Assembly (NCBI GenBank): GCA_964474835.1 | Contig: CAYYUA010000013.1 | Location: forward strand, 1,405 to 65,404 | DNA length: 64,000 nt | Source: an uncultured Sphingobacteriales bacterium | Lineage (GTDB): Bacteria > Bacteroidota > Bacteroidia > CAILMK01 > CAYYUA01 | Direction: 5' to 3' | Part shown: piece by piece, positions 17,083 through 26,867 of the stretch | Layout: each line of letters starts with the position of its first letter | Position numbering within the stretch: position 1 is the first letter of the stretch | Position numbers and translations under genes: made by a program | The notes under the pieces: generated by a model | The model's input: only the letters and a program-made list of their open reading frames with translations | Told to the model about the DNA's origin: nothing | The model's database searches: none

Positions 17083-18897
17083 CTAGCCCTCAAGCTGCTG
17101 CATGCGGTACAGCGAATGGTAAAGGCCCTCCTGCTGAACCAGCCGGTTATGGGTACCCCACTCTACAATATTTCCCTGGTCCAGGACAACGATCTGGTCT
17201 GCTTCCTGGATGGTACTCAGGCGGTGAGCAATTACCAGGCTTGTGCGGTCGCGCATCAGGTGTTGAAGGGCGTCCTGCACCATTTTCTCAGAGGAGGTGT
17301 CCAGGGCTGAGGTGGCCTCGTCCAGGATCATGATGGGTGGGTTTTTGAGGATAGCCCGTGCGATGCTTAGGCGCTGCCGCTGCCCACCTGACAGTAGCGC
17401 CCCCTGATCCCCGATCATGGTCTGGTAGCCGTTGTCCGCTTCCAGGATAAAGTCGTGGGCATTGGCAGCCCTGGCAGCTTCGGCTACATCATCCGGCTTG
17501 GCATCGTCTATCCCGAAGGCAATGTTATTGTAAATGGTATCATTGAACAGAATAGGATCCTGAGTGACGAAACCGATGATGTTGCGCAGTGAGTGGATTC
17601 TGTAATCCTTCAAATCATACCCGTCCAGCGTAATGCAGCCTTCAGTCGGGTCATAGAAGCGGGGCAGCATTTCGGCCAGGGTGGTTTTACCGCTGCCCGA
17701 TGGCCCTACCAGTGCCACCACTTCTCCTTTCTGGATAGTGAGGTTGATATCCTTGAGAACCCGCTCTTCCGTGTAAGCGAAGCTTACATTGTGGAAACTG
17801 ATCTGGTTCTGAAAGTCGTCAACCGGGAGTGCATCAGGCTTTTCGGTAATTGTTACCGGAACATCAGTAACGCGGAAGATCCGGTTAGCAGAAGCAATCC
17901 CTCTGTTCAGGTTACCGAATGCTGAAGAAATGCTCTTAGCCGGCTGCATGATCCGCTGGAAGTAAAAGATATAGGTGATAAACCCGGAGGCATTAATAGT
18001 CCCTTCGAAGACTAAGCGGCCGCCAAACCACAGGATCAGGCCAATAGTGATGACGCCCATGATCTCGGAGAAGGGCTTGATCAGACCCTGCTTGTAGAAC
18101 TGGCGCCTGGCATAGTGGCTGTAAAGGCCATTGTAGTGCTTAAAAACACGCTGTATGTAGCCCTCACCATTGAAGGCTTTGATTATCCGCACACCCCCGG
18201 CAAACTCCTCTACTACGCTCATGATCCGGGAGAGTTTGTCCTGCGTACGGAAGGCATCCCGCTTAAGAGAACGGGTGATAAGGGTGATAACACCGGCTGA
18301 AAGGGGGAGGAGTATGAAGATGAAAAGGGTAAGCTTCCAGGAAAAAGCCAGCATCAGAGCCAGAAACACAATAATGGTAAAAGGATCCCGGATAAGAGAG
18401 CGGAAAGTTACCACAATGGATTTATCCACCTCATAAATATCCGAGGTCATCCGGGCCATGAGATCGCCCTTACGCTCTCCCTCGAAATAGCTGATCTGAA
18501 GATTGTTGACCTTTTCGAAAAAGTAGCTGCGCAGATCCTCCAGTGTCTTGGTGCGCAGGTAAGCCATCATCAGGTTTGAAAGGTAGCGCAGCACATTACC
18601 GATAATGTTGACGCTGACGATGGTGATAATAGCCATACTCAGGGCTTTGAGCTTATTCCCGTCCTCCAGGTACTGAGCTATGAAGCTGTTGAAGTAGCGC
18701 TTGATGCTAAGGCTGAACTCGCCAGTGGAGAGGGTATCTGCCGATGAATCACCTGAGAACAGCAGATTGAGCACCGGATCCAGCAGCGCGATACCCAGGC
18801 TGGTGGTAATAACTGCAAGGAGCGCCAGCAGGATATACAGCGTTATGGCTAGCTTGTAGGGCCTGACAAATGCTAAGATCCGCAGGTAGGTATTCAT
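17083..18897 (-). CDS. ABC transporter ATP-binding/permease fusion (MsbA/lipid exporter-like)
   Basis: A 6-TM N-terminal half is followed by Walker A (GPSGSGKTT), signature (LSGGQRQR) and Walker B (ILDEATSALD). The likely start is the internal ATG (MNTYLRIL). Confidence 0.85.
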   Translation of the reverse strand: MNTYLRILAFVRPYKLAITLYILLALLAVITTSLGIALLDPVLNLLFSGDSSADTLSTGEFSLSIKRYFNSFIAQYLEDGNKLKALSMAIITIVSVNIIGNVLRYLSNLMMAYLRTKTLEDLRSYFFEKVNNLQISYFEGERKGDLMARMTSDIYEVDKSIVVTFRSLIRDPFTIIVFLALMLAFSWKLTLFIFILLPLSAGVITLITRSLKRDAFRTQDKLSRIMSVVEEFAGGVRIIKAFNGEGYIQRVFKHYNGLYSHYARRQFYKQGLIKPFSEIMGVITIGLILWFGGRLVFEGTINASGFITYIFYFQRIMQPAKSISSAFGNLNRGIASANRIFRVTDVPVTITEKPDALPVDDFQNQISFHNVSFAYTEERVLKDINLTIQKGEVVALVGPSGSGKTTLAEMLPRFYDPTEGCITLDGYDLKDYRIHSLRNIIGFVTQDPILFNDTIYNNIAFGIDDAKPDDVAEAARAANAHDFILEADNGYQTMIGDQGALLSGGQRQRLSIARAILKNPPIMILDEATSALDTSSEKMVQDALQHLMRDRTSLVIAHRLSTIQEADQIVVLDQGNIVEWGTHNRLVQQEGLYHSLYRMQQLEG

Positions 18898-19028
18898 AGC
18901 ATCCAAAGGTAAAGGATAATCAAAGGAGCATGGAGGCCGGAGGTAAAAGCGGAAGGCCAGAGCACTGGCCATGCTTGTAGTGGATTTTCAGCTAAATTTG
19001 CGGGTTAACTAAATTCAAGGTTAATAGT

Positions 19029-19427
19029 ATGGGACGCCGGCAGGAGCGTGTAGCAGAGCTGATCAAGCAGACGATGGCCCGGATATTTCAGCAGCAGGGC
19101 AAAGCAGCATTCGGAAACTCCTTTATCACGGTTACTACCGTGCGCATGTCGCCAGATGTGGGCTACGCCTTTATTTACCTTTCAGTGCTACAGGAGGCTG
19201 ACCCGCAGGCGCTGATAGAGCAAATCCGCGAAAACAAAGGCGCGCTTCGCAAGGCGCTGGGCGACCAGATAAGGGACCAGCTCAAGAAGGTGCCGGAGCT
19301 ATACTTTTACTACGATGACACAATGGACTACGTGGAGCGGATGGAGGAAGTGTTTAAGAAAATTGATAAAGGCAACGATACCACCAACACGGGCACAGAT
19401 TCCCCTGACGAGAATACGCAGTCCTGA
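19029..19427 (+). CDS. rbfA: ribosome-binding factor A
   Basis: Its size and N-terminal pattern (RQERVAELIKQTMARIF) fit RbfA. It is followed by an FtsX-like permease, as in many Bacteroidetes. Confidence 0.6.
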   Translation: MGRRQERVAELIKQTMARIFQQQGKAAFGNSFITVTTVRMSPDVGYAFIYLSVLQEADPQALIEQIRENKGALRKALGDQIRDQLKKVPELYFYYDDTMDYVERMEEVFKKIDKGNDTTNTGTDSPDENTQS

Positions 19428-19465
19428 CCCTCTGACCCTTACAGATTGCATACAAACCTCCCTGC

Positions 19466-20272
19466 ATGAATTACGATCCGATTAAGGAGCGCGTGAGTGC
19501 TGTTTTTGAAACAACCCCAGCCCTTCAAAAGCTATTCTACCGCCTCCTGGACCTGTTACTTCTGCGAGCCTGGCACATCCAGCGGGAGCTAAAGCAATGG
19601 GGAACTCTGAATCAGGGGGCTAAGCAGATTCTGGATGCTGGCTCAGGATTCGGCCAATACACCTACTTCATGGCCAGGCGGTTCCCCGATGCCCAGATCC
19701 TTGGCGTGGATGTAAAAGAAGAAGAGGTGGCCAACTCGCGGAAATTCTTTGAGAAGGTGGGAATGGATCACGTCCGGTTTGAAACAGCCGATCTGACGAC
19801 CTTTCAGCACCCTGATACTTATGACCTGGTATTATCGGTGGACGTAATGGAACACATTGAGCCTGATGTACAGGTGTTCCGGAATATCTGCCACTCCCTG
19901 AAGCCGGGCGGCATGCTGCTTATCTCCACGCCCTCGGACCAGGGTGGCTCGGATGTGCAGAGCGAAGAGGATGAGTCGTTCATCGGGGAGCATGTGAGGG
20001 ATGGGTATGGTATCCGGGAGATCAAGGACAAGCTTTACGAGGCAGGTTTTTCGCGGGTCAAGGCCCGGTACTCCTATGGCGCTCCCGGCAAGGTATCCTG
20101 GCGGCTGTCCATGAAATACCCGATCCTGATGCTGAACTGGTCAAAGGCTATGTTTGCGGTCCTTCCCTTCTATTACCTGGTTGTTTATCCATTCTGTTTT
20201 ATCCTGAACTACATTGATTCCAACACCGGCCATATGACCGGCACCGGGCTGATTGTAAAAGCGTGGCGGTAA
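19466..20272 (+). CDS. class I SAM-dependent methyltransferase with C-terminal hydrophobic segment
   Basis: SAM motif I is present (ILDAGSGFGQYTYF), and there is an acidic D-loop. Confidence 0.6.
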   Translation: MNYDPIKERVSAVFETTPALQKLFYRLLDLLLLRAWHIQRELKQWGTLNQGAKQILDAGSGFGQYTYFMARRFPDAQILGVDVKEEEVANSRKFFEKVGMDHVRFETADLTTFQHPDTYDLVLSVDVMEHIEPDVQVFRNICHSLKPGGMLLISTPSDQGGSDVQSEEDESFIGEHVRDGYGIREIKDKLYEAGFSRVKARYSYGAPGKVSWRLSMKYPILMLNWSKAMFAVLPFYYLVVYPFCFILNYIDSNTGHMTGTGLIVKAWR

Positions 20273-20281
20273 GGCTACTGT

Positions 20282-21556
20282 ATGAATTTCCCCTTTTTCA
20301 TTGCAAAGCGGTACTTCTTTTCGTCCCGGGTCTCTAATGTGATTCACCTGATCTCGTTAGTATCCCTGATCGGGGTTACAGTAGGCTCTTTTGCCCTTAT
20401 TGTGGTGCTATCGGTTTTCAATGGATTCGAGCAGGTCGTGTTATCCCTTTACAACTCTTTTGACTCGGACATGCGCATGACCCCGGAAAAGGGAAAATAC
20501 TTCGATCCGGCTAAGGCGGCAGGGCAGGACAGTGCCTCGCAAAAGGCATCGCAGGCTCTGCTAAAGCAGGTCAAAAGCTGGGATGGCGTGGTCAACTGTA
20601 CTTATGTAATTGAGGAGAATATCCTGGTGAAAAACCAGAACCGTCAGGCAGTTGCCACTATCAAAGCCATCCGGCCGGATTACCTTTCATCCATGGGGGT
20701 GGATACGATGCTCTACTCCGGAGAACCTGTGCTGAAGGTCCGGGATAATGCGCAGGCTATTGTCGGAGCCGGAATCGCCAGCCAGTTGGGATTGAATGCC
20801 TACAGCGAGCAAAACGAAATAGGCGTCTATACCCCGAAGAGCAATCCGGGTGGCTTTCGGCTGGACCCGACCTCAGCCTTCCGGCAGCGGCAAGTTGGCA
20901 CTTCGGGGATTTTTACGATTCAGCAGGAATTTGATGACCAGTATCTCGTGCTGCCGCTGAGTTTTGCCCGAGAGTTAGTGGCCGAGCCACACCGGGTAAC
21001 CGGGCTGGAGATTGATCACACTGAAAATGCCTCAGCCCAGGGTATTCAGCAGAAACTGAAAGCCCTTTTCGGGAAGGAGTTCGAAGTGAAAAACCGCTAC
21101 CAGCAGCACGAAACCCTTTACCAGGTGATGCAGTCGGAGAAAACAGCAGTCTACATGATCCTGACCTTTATTTTGCTGATTGCAGCGTTTAACCTGATCG
21201 GGGCCCTGTTGATGCTGGCTATTGAGAAGAAGAAGGATATGGCTATCCTGAAAGGAATGGGGGCCTCAGCCGGGCTGATCCGGAATGTTTTCTTTTACGA
21301 AGGGCTGCTCCTGTCATTTAGCGGTGCCCTGGCCGGGCTTGGGCTGGGAAGCCTTGTGTGCTGGCTTCAGATGGAATACAAACTGATCCAGTTCAGTGCT
21401 AACAGCACTTTTGTCCTGAATGCCTTTCCGGTCAAGTTCGAGTGGATGGATTTTGCTGTTGTTTTCATTACCGTCCTTGTGCTTGGAGTGGTAGCGTCTT
21501 ACTATCCGGCACGGATCGCGTTCAGGCAGATCAGTGTGGAAGATCTGCAACAGTAG
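20282..21556 (+). CDS. FtsX-like ABC permease (LolC/E family)
   Basis: The architecture is an N-terminal TM, a large periplasmic domain, then 3 C-terminal TMs. The N-terminus MNFPFFIAKRYFFSSR is typical of LolE-like proteins. Confidence 0.75.
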   Translation: MNFPFFIAKRYFFSSRVSNVIHLISLVSLIGVTVGSFALIVVLSVFNGFEQVVLSLYNSFDSDMRMTPEKGKYFDPAKAAGQDSASQKASQALLKQVKSWDGVVNCTYVIEENILVKNQNRQAVATIKAIRPDYLSSMGVDTMLYSGEPVLKVRDNAQAIVGAGIASQLGLNAYSEQNEIGVYTPKSNPGGFRLDPTSAFRQRQVGTSGIFTIQQEFDDQYLVLPLSFARELVAEPHRVTGLEIDHTENASAQGIQQKLKALFGKEFEVKNRYQQHETLYQVMQSEKTAVYMILTFILLIAAFNLIGALLMLAIEKKKDMAILKGMGASAGLIRNVFFYEGLLLSFSGALAGLGLGSLVCWLQMEYKLIQFSANSTFVLNAFPVKFEWMDFAVVFITVLVLGVVASYYPARIAFRQISVEDLQQ

Positions 21557-21561
21557 CTAAG

Positions 21562-22020
21562 CTACTGTTCATCGCCTCTTATCTGATCCAGGTATTCATT
21601 CATGTACCTGGCCTGTTCAGCTGATATGTTACTAAGCAGGTTATCCAGAAACGCATACTCGCTGTCAACACGCTCGAGGACGCGCAGGCCTTCGTCTGTG
21701 ATCTTAACCTCTACTGACCGCCGGTCGACCTCAGACTTCTGGCGCTGGATAAGCCCCTTCTGCCGCAGGCGCTCAACCACCCGCGAGGCATCGGACATCT
21801 TATCGAGCATTCGTTCGCGCAGGAGGTTGATCGTGGTCGGGTTCGGCCTCTGCCCTCTGATTATCCTTAAGACGTTGAACTGCTGAACGGTAAGGTCAAA
21901 CTGCGAAAGAAAATCCTTTATCTTACTAATGGCCCAGTTGTGGGTGTACTGCAGGTTAATCAAAAGCTTAAGATGCTCCGATGAGAAATGATACTGCTCT
22001 ATTGCCTGCTCTAGCTTCAT
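21562..22020 (-). CDS. MarR-family transcriptional regulator
   Basis: It has a winged-HTH pattern (LTVQQFNVLRIIRG...). It is a paralog of 25367..25822. Confidence 0.75.
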   Translation of the reverse strand: MKLEQAIEQYHFSSEHLKLLINLQYTHNWAISKIKDFLSQFDLTVQQFNVLRIIRGQRPNPTTINLLRERMLDKMSDASRVVERLRQKGLIQRQKSEVDRRSVEVKITDEGLRVLERVDSEYAFLDNLLSNISAEQARYMNEYLDQIRGDEQ

Positions 22021-22086
22021 GACAACAATTTTCCTTTTCGGTGAGCTACGCTTCGTATACTTATGCTGGATAGCAAAGCTATAAAC

Positions 22087-22120
22087 AAAAAAAGGGGAAA
22101 AGCTAATGCCTTCCCCCTTT
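22087..22120 (-). terminator. intrinsic terminator after the yceI-like gene
   Basis: On the - strand the stem GGGGGAAG/CUUUUCCCC is followed by a run of 8 U. Confidence 0.45.
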
Positions 22121-22149
22121 GATGGTGATTGTATCTGCTTTCAGCTTAG

Positions 22150-22770
22150 TTAGCTGGCCGGAGTGATCTCTACATCACAAACAACATCCACCTTCTTGCC
22201 AACTATCAGGTTGCCAGCTTCAGTGGTCTTATCCCACTTAAGCCCGTAATCGTAGCGGTTTACCGTGCCACGGATTTGCCAGCCTGCCTTTGGCTTTTTG
22301 GAGAATGGATCCTTTACAGTACCGTTGTGAATAGCAGTGAAGGTTTCTTGTTGGGTCTGGCCGTGCATGGTCATTTTTCCTTCCAGCTTGTACTTGGCAT
22401 TACCATCTTCCGTCATGCCAACCTTCTCCATGCCATCGGCATTGAAGGTGATCTCAGGGTATTTTTCTACGTTGAAGAAATCCTCACCCCGAAGATGCTT
22501 GTCACGCTTTTTATTTTCAGTGTTTACACTGCTGGCATCGATAGTGACACTTACGTCAGCACTTTCAAAGTTATCCTGACCATTGGTGGTGATGGAGGCA
22601 TCATATTCCTCAAAAGTGCCGGATACTTCTGAAATCTTCATATGCTGAACATTGAAGGAAACTTCAGAATGTGCCTTATCAAGCCCCCATGTCATGGTGG
22701 CTGCATAGGCGCCAAAGGCCGTTGTTACGAGCCCTAAGAAGCTGATAGCAGTTAGTTTCAGTCGTTTCAT
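22150..22770 (-). CDS. YceI-family periplasmic protein
   Basis: It has a signal peptide and a YceI-like block (WGLDKAHSEVSFNVQHMKISEVSGTF). Confidence 0.75.
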   Translation of the reverse strand: MKRLKLTAISFLGLVTTAFGAYAATMTWGLDKAHSEVSFNVQHMKISEVSGTFEEYDASITTNGQDNFESADVSVTIDASSVNTENKKRDKHLRGEDFFNVEKYPEITFNADGMEKVGMTEDGNAKYKLEGKMTMHGQTQQETFTAIHNGTVKDPFSKKPKAGWQIRGTVNRYDYGLKWDKTTEAGNLIVGKKVDVVCDVEITPAS

Positions 22771-22834
22771 AATAATGTGATTTAGTGTTAGCGGTTAAGG
22801 AATTATTTGTTCCAACTTCAATGCAAGCATTGTG

Positions 22835-23377
22835 CTAAGAATGGACCAGTTTTTCATCTGCTATGGCCTCCATGGTGCTCAGGTCGTCTGCGCTATACAG
22901 GACAAAGCGGATCGTTTGGATGTGTTGTAGCCTGGGTATCCGTGACTGGACTGCATCCAGTGCAACTGTTAAACCTTCCTGCAAGGGGTAACCAAAGGCG
23001 CCAGTGGAAAGTGCCGGAAACGCAATCTTTTGAACCCCCTGATGATCTGCAAGGATCAGGGAGTTTTTGTAGCAATCGCTTAGCAACTCATCTGCAGGCT
23101 CATCCTGCCCGTAAACCGGTCCCAGGCAATGAATGATATGCTCATTGGGAAGGTTATGCCCGCTAGACCGGACAGCCTGACCGGGCTTGATGGGTGCCCA
23201 AGGACGGCATTCCTCGGCTAAGCCTGGTCCTGCGGCCTTGTGGATGGCGCCCGCAACCCCGCTGCCACTTTGTAGCATGGCGTTGGCTGCATTAACAATA
23301 GCATCACAGTCTTCCTGCTTAACAATGTTACCTTGTACAGCCTCTACCGTTACGCCTTGTAGGGTTTTCTGTAACAT
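22835..23377 (-). CDS. macro-domain protein (ADP-ribose/O-acetyl-ADP-ribose processing)
   Basis: Macro-domain motifs are present (DAIVNAANAMLQSGSGVAGAIHKAAGP). Confidence 0.75.
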   Translation of the reverse strand: MLQKTLQGVTVEAVQGNIVKQEDCDAIVNAANAMLQSGSGVAGAIHKAAGPGLAEECRPWAPIKPGQAVRSSGHNLPNEHIIHCLGPVYGQDEPADELLSDCYKNSLILADHQGVQKIAFPALSTGAFGYPLQEGLTVALDAVQSRIPRLQHIQTIRFVLYSADDLSTMEAIADEKLVHS

Positions 23378-23398
23378 ACAGCCTAAAACCGTTTCTGA

Positions 23399-24355
23399 TT
23401 AGCGGGACAAGAGCTTCCAGTTGTTATGCCCGAAAAACTGCCTTCCGCCCATGAGGTTTTGCTCAAAAAAGGTCAGCACGCGGTTTTTCACAGTCTCATG
23501 TTTGAAAGGTTTCCGCTCCGGGTTTACACAGTCGGGGGTTAATTGATCTTCCCAATCGAAAGCCGAGATCCGTTTGCTCATCACGGCAGGGTGAGCTTGC
23601 TCAAAACGCGGCAGCTGATCCAGATAGCCATAGTCAAACGGTACGGTATCCGCCTCCAGGTTTGTAACCGCCTTTTCAGCTTCACCTTTCTTTTTATGAA
23701 TGTTGGCCAGGGCGCGTTTCTTCCGCTTCATGAGCTGAGGAGGACGGGCCCACCCGTAGTGGTAGATGTAGGCATTCAGGGGCACAACCTGAAGTTTGTA
23801 CGTACCTTCCTTCTGGCGATAGGAAACACCATCGAAGTTGGGTATCCGGCGGAAAGACTGGGCTGACCGCCAGGAGTGTATGTCCGGATCATTCCGGACG
23901 ATCCGGATTTCCTGAGGGTACCATCCATGGTTAGGAATCACATGCCAGTAATCACCCCAGAAATGCAGGTAGTTGAAAAGAAATCCCTCTACTTCGGGAT
24001 CGCTCAAATGCTTACGGCACTGCGCTTCAATCACTGGTAAGAACTGCTCGTGAACCACTTCATCTGCCTGAAGGTAAAACAGCCAATCCCCAGTGCAGGC
24101 TTCTTTTGCTATATCGGTCTGATGCGCATTTTCAGTACCGTTGGGATAAGCTTCCGTATCCCAAACGGTATCGATGATGCGGATTTTTTCTGAACCAATA
24201 CCCTCTACAACTTCCCGCGTGCGGTCATCTTCATCACCTTTTCCCAGTGCCAGCACAAACTCGTCAACCAAAGGCAGGATAGACTGGATAGCTTCCGAGA
24301 TCGGGTAATAGAGTTTAGTAGCATTTTTGACCATACTAAACCCGCTAATGCGCAT
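23399..24355 (-). CDS. glycosyltransferase family 2-like protein
   Basis: The DWLFYLQADEVVHE block is DxD-like. The likely start is ATG at 24355 (MRISGF). The ORF track extends to a GTG at 24367. Confidence 0.5.
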   Translation of the reverse strand: MRISGFSMVKNATKLYYPISEAIQSILPLVDEFVLALGKGDEDDRTREVVEGIGSEKIRIIDTVWDTEAYPNGTENAHQTDIAKEACTGDWLFYLQADEVVHEQFLPVIEAQCRKHLSDPEVEGFLFNYLHFWGDYWHVIPNHGWYPQEIRIVRNDPDIHSWRSAQSFRRIPNFDGVSYRQKEGTYKLQVVPLNAYIYHYGWARPPQLMKRKKRALANIHKKKGEAEKAVTNLEADTVPFDYGYLDQLPRFEQAHPAVMSKRISAFDWEDQLTPDCVNPERKPFKHETVKNRVLTFFEQNLMGGRQFFGHNNWKLLSR

Positions 24356-24598
24356 AGGGAAAAGCACTTTACCGATTGGTAAAACAGGAGCTTTGGGTTA
24401 GTTCATGGCCTGCTTCGGGAAAAGGATTCCCTGCTTAGTCTGAGCGCGAGCCTGCTCTAACTCTATAAGCTTCTGAATGTAATGGCTGATCTTTCCTCTT
24501 ATTAGCAGGACTTTGGCTTCCTTCTGCAGCTTGCAGATTCTTCCTTGCAGTGACATAATCAGTAGCGTTTCAGTTAAAGGTAATAAATCCCGTCATAA

Positions 24599-24640
24599 AT
24601 TCATAGCCCGCAGCATATTCGCAGGCTACAGGCTATGAAT
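24599..24640 (-). terminator. inverted repeat (ATTCATAGCC/GGCTATGAAT) 10 bp downstream of the nitroreductase stop
   Basis: It has a 10-bp perfect stem and a 22-nt loop. The loop is large, so it may be a terminator or a protein-binding site. Confidence 0.3.
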
Positions 24641-24649
24641 GTACGGGCT

Positions 24650-25255
24650 TTAATCAAGGATATCTGGCTTACCACTCCAGGTTCCTTTGAAGACAAACTC
24701 TGAGAGATCCTTGCGGGGACTGCTATCCTGGCTTTCCACTTTTTGCAGGTCTTCCGGCAGTTGCTCGGCAGGCCCCTGGTAACCAACGGCAACCATGGCC
24801 ACAGGCTCATAGCCTTCCGGAATATTGAGGTTCTCACGGGCCTTGCTGGCGTGATAACCCCCCATCTGGTGAACGGCCAGGCCTTCGTAGGTGGCTTGTG
24901 CCAACAGGTTACCCATTGCCATGCCTACATCGTGCCGCGCATAGTAGTTAGGGTTGCCATCGTTCTGATTAGTCTGGGTAACGCTTATCATCAGGACCGG
25001 TGCCAGTTGCGCCCATCCTTTGTTAGCATCCATCAGGCAATCAAAAAGGTTCTGGTAAGCTTCCCCATCACTTTTCCGGGCATAAATGAAGTGCCATGGC
25101 TGAATGTTAAAGCTGGAAGGGGCCCTGCGGGCTGCCTCCAGTAACCTGGTAAGCTGATCACTACTTACATCGTCCTCGGTAAAGGAGCGCGGGCTCCACC
25201 TATCCGTGATCAGACTGCTTAACTGAGCTTCTTGTACTCGGGTTGATTGTGTCAT
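24650..25255 (-). CDS. nitroreductase-family protein
   Basis: It has the nitroreductase fold pattern (RWSPRSFTED... SFNIQPWHF). Confidence 0.8.
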   Translation of the reverse strand: MTQSTRVQEAQLSSLITDRWSPRSFTEDDVSSDQLTRLLEAARRAPSSFNIQPWHFIYARKSDGEAYQNLFDCLMDANKGWAQLAPVLMISVTQTNQNDGNPNYYARHDVGMAMGNLLAQATYEGLAVHQMGGYHASKARENLNIPEGYEPVAMVAVGYQGPAEQLPEDLQKVESQDSSPRKDLSEFVFKGTWSGKPDILD

Positions 25256-25366
25256 AGTGTTGGCTTGCTTTAAAGTTCTTTTGGCCTTTCTATTGGTAGA
25301 GAAGTTTTGTTAGTCAATACAAATGTAAAGACATCAAGTGTTATAACAATAGAAGCTGAAATTTTT

Positions 25367-25822
25367 TTAGGATTCCCGGAAACGATCCAGTAAGGTGTTT
25401 AACTGCCGGGCTTCTTCTTCGGTCAGGTGCTGAAAGCGCTGGGCCGGGGTTAGCTCAGCGTCCTCAATCTTCTGCAGGAGTGCTATCCCCTGTTGCGTGA
25501 TGACCACCTCTACACGCCTGCGATCATCCTGGCATTCTTCTCTTTCAGCTAAGCCTTTTAGCCGCAATTTTTCCACCAATCGCGAGGCATTGGACATTTT
25601 GTTGAGCATACGGTCCTTCAGAAGGTTAACGGAAGCAGGATCGGGGTGACAGCCCCTCAGGATCCGCAGGATGTTGTACTGCTCGGGTGTAAGGTCATAT
25701 TGCTTTAGCTGCTGATGTTGATAACCGTTGATCCAGTTTCCGGTAAACAGAATATTCAGGACAAGTTTTTCCCATTCGTCCTGAAAACCCCGGTGCTGCT
25801 TTATCTCTTCCTCTAATTTCAT
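25367..25822 (-). CDS. MarR-family transcriptional regulator
   Basis: It is a clear paralog of 21562..22020 (YDLTPEQYNILRILRG) and sits directly upstream of the nitroreductase on the same strand. Confidence 0.75.
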   Translation of the reverse strand: MKLEEEIKQHRGFQDEWEKLVLNILFTGNWINGYQHQQLKQYDLTPEQYNILRILRGCHPDPASVNLLKDRMLNKMSNASRLVEKLRLKGLAEREECQDDRRRVEVVITQQGIALLQKIEDAELTPAQRFQHLTEEEARQLNTLLDRFRES

Positions 25823-25964
25823 AAGTAAGGATTAAATCCGCTTCATTTAGTGTTTAAACAATAAATGCATTAAAGACTAAATTTGTTCCTACTTACCAAA
25901 GTAGAGCGCACAGGCGTAGCATTATTTTTCCGTAAGGGCTACTCAGGAATGGCGTATCCCCGGT

Positions 25965-26711
25965 TTACCGCCACTCCAGCTCAATAGTGCCGATATTTTC
26001 GTCATCATTGTTCCGGATAGGTACGGTTTCAGGATAGGGATCCGGTGCCATGCCGGGCCCATCCTCCGGCAGGGTATACTGCACAACGGGCTGATCCGTG
26101 GTATCGCTATTCTGGTCGATCAGGCGGAAGCTGTAGGACTTATCAAAATCTCGAATAACGGGTTGTGGGGCGCTGAACTGCCAATCAACCGGCAGGTCAA
26201 GCGAGTCCACAACATTGGGAATAACGTTGGTATTGCCCACTATCAATGAATCACTGCCCTGCCCGAGCTCAACGTACAGGTCAGGCGGGCTGTTAGCATC
26301 CCAGCCGTTGCCGTTGCTATCAGTTATAGGGAAATCCCGGATCGTAATTTTCTGTATAGCTGCTTCCCGAAAGCCGGAATCGATGGTGATATCTTTTACA
26401 ATCACTTCAGTACCGCTCTCATTGGTCACTTTCAGGGAAACAGCATACCTGCCTTCTTCTGTATAAATATGAGAAGGGTTGGCCCTGTTACTGGTATCGC
26501 CATCCCCGAAGGTCCAGGTGTATTCATCAGCTTCGTTCACCAGCGCACTGAATGTCACTTCACACGGTGCCTGGCAGTTGGTGTTGGAGGCAGTAAAATC
26601 CGGCGAAGGAGGCGCAACGGGCTCAGTGGTCTCATCAGTGGTATCCTGACAGCTGCTCAGGATAAACAGGGGAGCGATAAGCGAGAGGAAAAGGGTGCGC
26701 TTGCTTTTCAT
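25965..26711 (-). CDS. PKD-domain lipoprotein
   Basis: It has a lipobox (ILSSCQD) and a PKD domain (TWTFGDGDTSNRANPSHIYTEEGRYAVSLKVTN). Confidence 0.6.
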   Translation of the reverse strand: MKSKRTLFLSLIAPLFILSSCQDTTDETTEPVAPPSPDFTASNTNCQAPCEVTFSALVNEADEYTWTFGDGDTSNRANPSHIYTEEGRYAVSLKVTNESGTEVIVKDITIDSGFREAAIQKITIRDFPITDSNGNGWDANSPPDLYVELGQGSDSLIVGNTNVIPNVVDSLDLPVDWQFSAPQPVIRDFDKSYSFRLIDQNSDTTDQPVVQYTLPEDGPGMAPDPYPETVPIRNNDDENIGTIELEWR

Positions 26712-26867
26712 ATGGGTAATAATTAATATGCTAGCAAAGCTATAATATTTTTCAAAAGGGTCAAGCCTTAATCTGCTCTACACATTACACACTTTCCAGT
26801 CAGCGCATGAGGGCCGCCTGTAATTGTTGTAGGTTTGTAAGGGAGTGAAACCCTAAACAGCCAGCCC

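Noticed and set aside
17004-17333. 109-aa Gly/Pro-rich ORF overlapping the 3' end of the msbA-like gene
   Set aside because: It is low-complexity and lies inside a strongly supported ABC NBD coding region on the other strand.
24601-24837. 78-aa ORF overlapping the nitroreductase 3' end
   Set aside because: It is out of frame with, and overlaps, a confident CDS. Most of it is the read-through of the intergenic hairpin.
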